Shown here: one piece after another, positions 59,901 to 64,000 of the stretch
Layout of the letters: every line of letters starts with the position of its first letter
Numbering within the stretch: position 1 is the stretch's first letter
Assembly: GCA_002269645.1 (NCBI GenBank)
Contig: NIVC01001960.1
Location: forward strand, 124,001 to 188,000
Direction: 5' to 3'
DNA from: Macrostomum lignano
Lineage: Eukaryota
DNA: 64,000 nucleotides
Position numbers and translations under genes: made by a program
Notes under the pieces: model-generated
Database searches by the model: none
Told to the model about the DNA's origin: nothing
The model's input: the letters and a program-made list of their open reading frames with translations, nothing else

Positions 59901-61804
59901 GACCCGGTTTTCACTTAGCGGACTCGGCGGCGGCGACTCCGAAGCCGGCGGCTCAACATCTGGCAGTCATCAAGGCGGAGGCGCCGGTGGCGGCGGCGGC
60001 GGTGGGGGTGGCGGCAGCGGCGGAGACTGTCTGGAGATTGTCAGCGAGACCGCCATCTCGGAGGTGGCCTCCACGCACAGCGCGCCGTCAGTGGAGATGG
60101 ACGAGGAGGACGAGAGTCTGGTCTCCGCCAACGTCAGCGGCCGCGGTACGCCCAGCATCAGCGGCCGAGACAGTCCGCTAGACGCCCTGCCAGACGGCAG
60201 CAGCGGCAAAGACGTCACCGAGCGATTCAACAAGTTCGACATTCCGCCCCCGCAGCGGGACATGTCGCCAGTTGAACGCCCCGACGATCAATGGTCTACG
60301 TCGGTGATTGACAGCGAAGGCGACAGGGACGCCACGGCGCGCGACCTGATGCTGGACACCGACGACAAGTTCTCGATTGAAGTGCCAGCTAGCGAGGCCG
60401 ACGACAAATATTCGGAGCGGCTTGGCGAGGATTTCGACGAGACGGCCAGCAACTGCAGCAGCAGCGTGTCGGCCGCCAAGGTTGGCGCAGCCGCGGCGGC
60501 CGCAGCCAACGCAGCCGCGGCAGCCGCCAATCGGCGCCGATCGCAAGACGACCACGCCGGCCCAGTCGAAGCCGCAGCTGCCGGCATCGGGGCCAGCGAC
60601 ACCGGCAGCGAGCCGGGCGGAGGCACCGGCGGCGCGATCGGCAGCGGCGGTGGCCGACCATCCCGGCCGGCCGGTCCGGCTGGCAAGCTGAAGAAGCCGC
60701 TAGCCAAGAAGACGCTGCTGAACGCGGCCGCCAAGTCTGGCGGCATCGTCGGAGGCGGTGGTGGCTCCAGCGGCGCCGTTGAATCAGAATCGGCGGCGTC
60801 CCCAGCGGTGACTGCCTCGCCGGCTGCAGCGACTCCACTGTCGGCCGCTGACCTGGTGTTCACAAAATACAAAACTGCCCGAAGGCCGCCGGCCGGGCCA
60901 GCCACGGCCTCTGCCGCCGCGGCCAACAACTCAACCGGGTCGCCGGCGCCCGCTGCCGCCGCTGACGCCGAAGACGCCGCCGACGGTGCGACCGGCGCCG
61001 AGTCCTCCCAGGCGGAGGACGGGACAGCCGCGCCGCCGTTTTTCGATCCTAGCAATCCGGAGGACAGCCCGGCCTTCGCCGAGGCCAAGCGGCGGCTGCG
61101 CTCCGCCCTCACCAGCTCGGAGTTCCGCCTGCTGCCGCCCGGCGGCTTCGACTCCGGCTCGGCTAGCGGCGGTGTCGCCGACCTGTTGAGGCGCCAACTG
61201 GCCGAGGCGGCCGAACTGGGCCTGGACCAGCTGGCTGCCGCCCTGGCCGACCTGTTGGCCGTGCTGGCCCGTTCGACGCGCACGCCTTGAAGCGGCTGCT
61301 GCTGTCGATGCGGCGCGACCTGAAGCAGCGGGCCGTGTACGCCGCCTACCTGGTGAACACGCGCACGCCCTGGCCGCCAGGCGGGACCGAGCCGAGCACG
61401 CGCTTCGCCGCCTGCGACACTCCCGCCGCCTGGCCTTTCAACAGTTGCTGCTGTGCGAGCTGCGCGCCTTCTTAAAGCGCTCGGACGAGCACGAGGTGCG
61501 CAGCCTGCAGGCCACGCTGCGTCAGTGCAATTCTGCTGACGAGAAATGCGAAGAGACCCAGAAACTCGTGGCTCACCTGTGCGCCAGGCTCAACTGGAGC
61601 CGGTCTGCCGGCCTAGGATTCGATCAGCAGGACTCGTCAGTGGCGGCCGCGGCCAACTCCGAGGAGGACTCGCCAGCTGGCGACCTGCTGCAGCAGTCCT
61701 ACGATTATATTGAGCGCTGGCTAGTGAGCTACCCGGAGGTCTATGCCTACCTGAGCGGCTCTAACGACATGCGCGTCATGCAGGAGCGGGACGAGGTGTT
61801 CCGG
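56999..61804 (+). CDS. GAPVD1: GAPVD1/Gapex-5/RME-6 orthologue, 3'-partial; exons ~56999-57550, 58036-58224, 58391-58491, 58571-59474, 59707-61804; no in-frame ATG at the 5' end; two apparent -1 frameshifts near 61270 and 61363; VPS9 exons expected beyond the window
   Basis: LHQQLRQERLFVCCEKDLI (N-terminus), DNPVKLLSRGTATF, MFGKEGSEQF, FPRPFLWL, IPALLDPEHSGIV...INYIQRNNLMQMGQVL (RasGAP-like), EVASTHS, SANVSGRGTPSISGRDSP, FAEAKRRLRSAL, KQRAVYAAYLV; GT-AG junctions in consistent phase. Confidence 0.9.
57626..57940 (+). mobile_element. tRNA-derived SINE in GAPVD1 intron 1
   Basis: A-box TAGCCTAGTGG (57631-57641), B-box GGTTCGATTCC (57675-57685), central CACCCAGCTGTAAAATGGG segment reminiscent of conserved SINE core domains, and an (ATT)n tail. 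Confidence 0.85.
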
Positions 61805-61869
61805 GTGAGAGTTGGCTCCATGCTGGCCGCTTTGATGCCTGCTGCCACTGCACCTCTTGGCACTTCTCA

Positions 61870-63525
<1,656 letters not shown>

Positions 63526-63569
63526 ATTAAATTAATTAAGTCTTTGATTTTTTTAAACACGCCGTGACC

Positions 63570-63744
<175 letters not shown>

Positions 63745-64000
63745 AGCCTTTTGTTGCTCCTTTCTTAGAAATTTTTTTATTCTCATCGCTAGCCCAAGCA
63801 CAGCTTTTGTATATTCTCAGCATTTATTCTGCATCAACATTTCTATTGTTTCTTGACACCCTGTACTTTTTATTACACTTTTTACTTTTACTCTTTTGCT
63901 TATCGTACAATTGCTCTTTTTTTAAGTTTTTGAGGGCCTTTCACCTTATTTATTTATTTATTGATTTACTGCTTATTTATTTATTGAGGTCAATTTTGTA

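Noticed and set aside
56972-61283. Minus-strand ORFs overlapping GAPVD1, and similar shadow ORFs over the GPCR, CLEC16A, STAMBP and 4-TM genes
   Set aside because: Antisense or alternative-frame shadows of GC-rich coding sequence with no recognisable motifs.

Overview
Eukaryotic (metazoan) genomic DNA with GC-rich spliced exons embedded in a very dense mosaic of minisatellites, MITEs and SINEs. The style suggests a macrostomid flatworm such as Macrostomum; this is inference, not checked. Seven host genes can be built by hand with GT-AG junctions in consistent phase: a signal peptide-CUB-transmembrane gene (minus strand, five exons, runs off the left edge, largely missed by the ORF track), a DmsR/myosuppressin-receptor-like peptide GPCR (minus), an orphan four-TM protein (plus), RNF11 (minus), and CLEC16A, STAMBP/AMSH and GAPVD1 (all plus; GAPVD1 runs off the right edge). 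Mobile elements: a piggyBac with a near-intact transposase, a 5'-truncated Penelope-like element with GIY-YIG endonuclease and a minimal hammerhead ribozyme, a tRNA-derived SINE, hAT-like MITEs and a foldback element. The strongest candidate for an undescribed system is the uninterrupted block of four endosomal ubiquitin/Rab genes. CLEC16A-STAMBP-GAPVD1 looks like a trans-spliced operon. GAPVD1 has no in-frame ATG of its own but has an in-frame splice acceptor, as expected if a spliced-leader AUG supplies the start. AMSH carries an overlapping PSAP+PPxY motif while the neighbouring RNF11 lacks its usual PPxY. A second recurring theme is tandem arrays born from parts of mobile elements or resembling 3' splice sites. 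All alignments and counts were made by eye and copy numbers are approximate.
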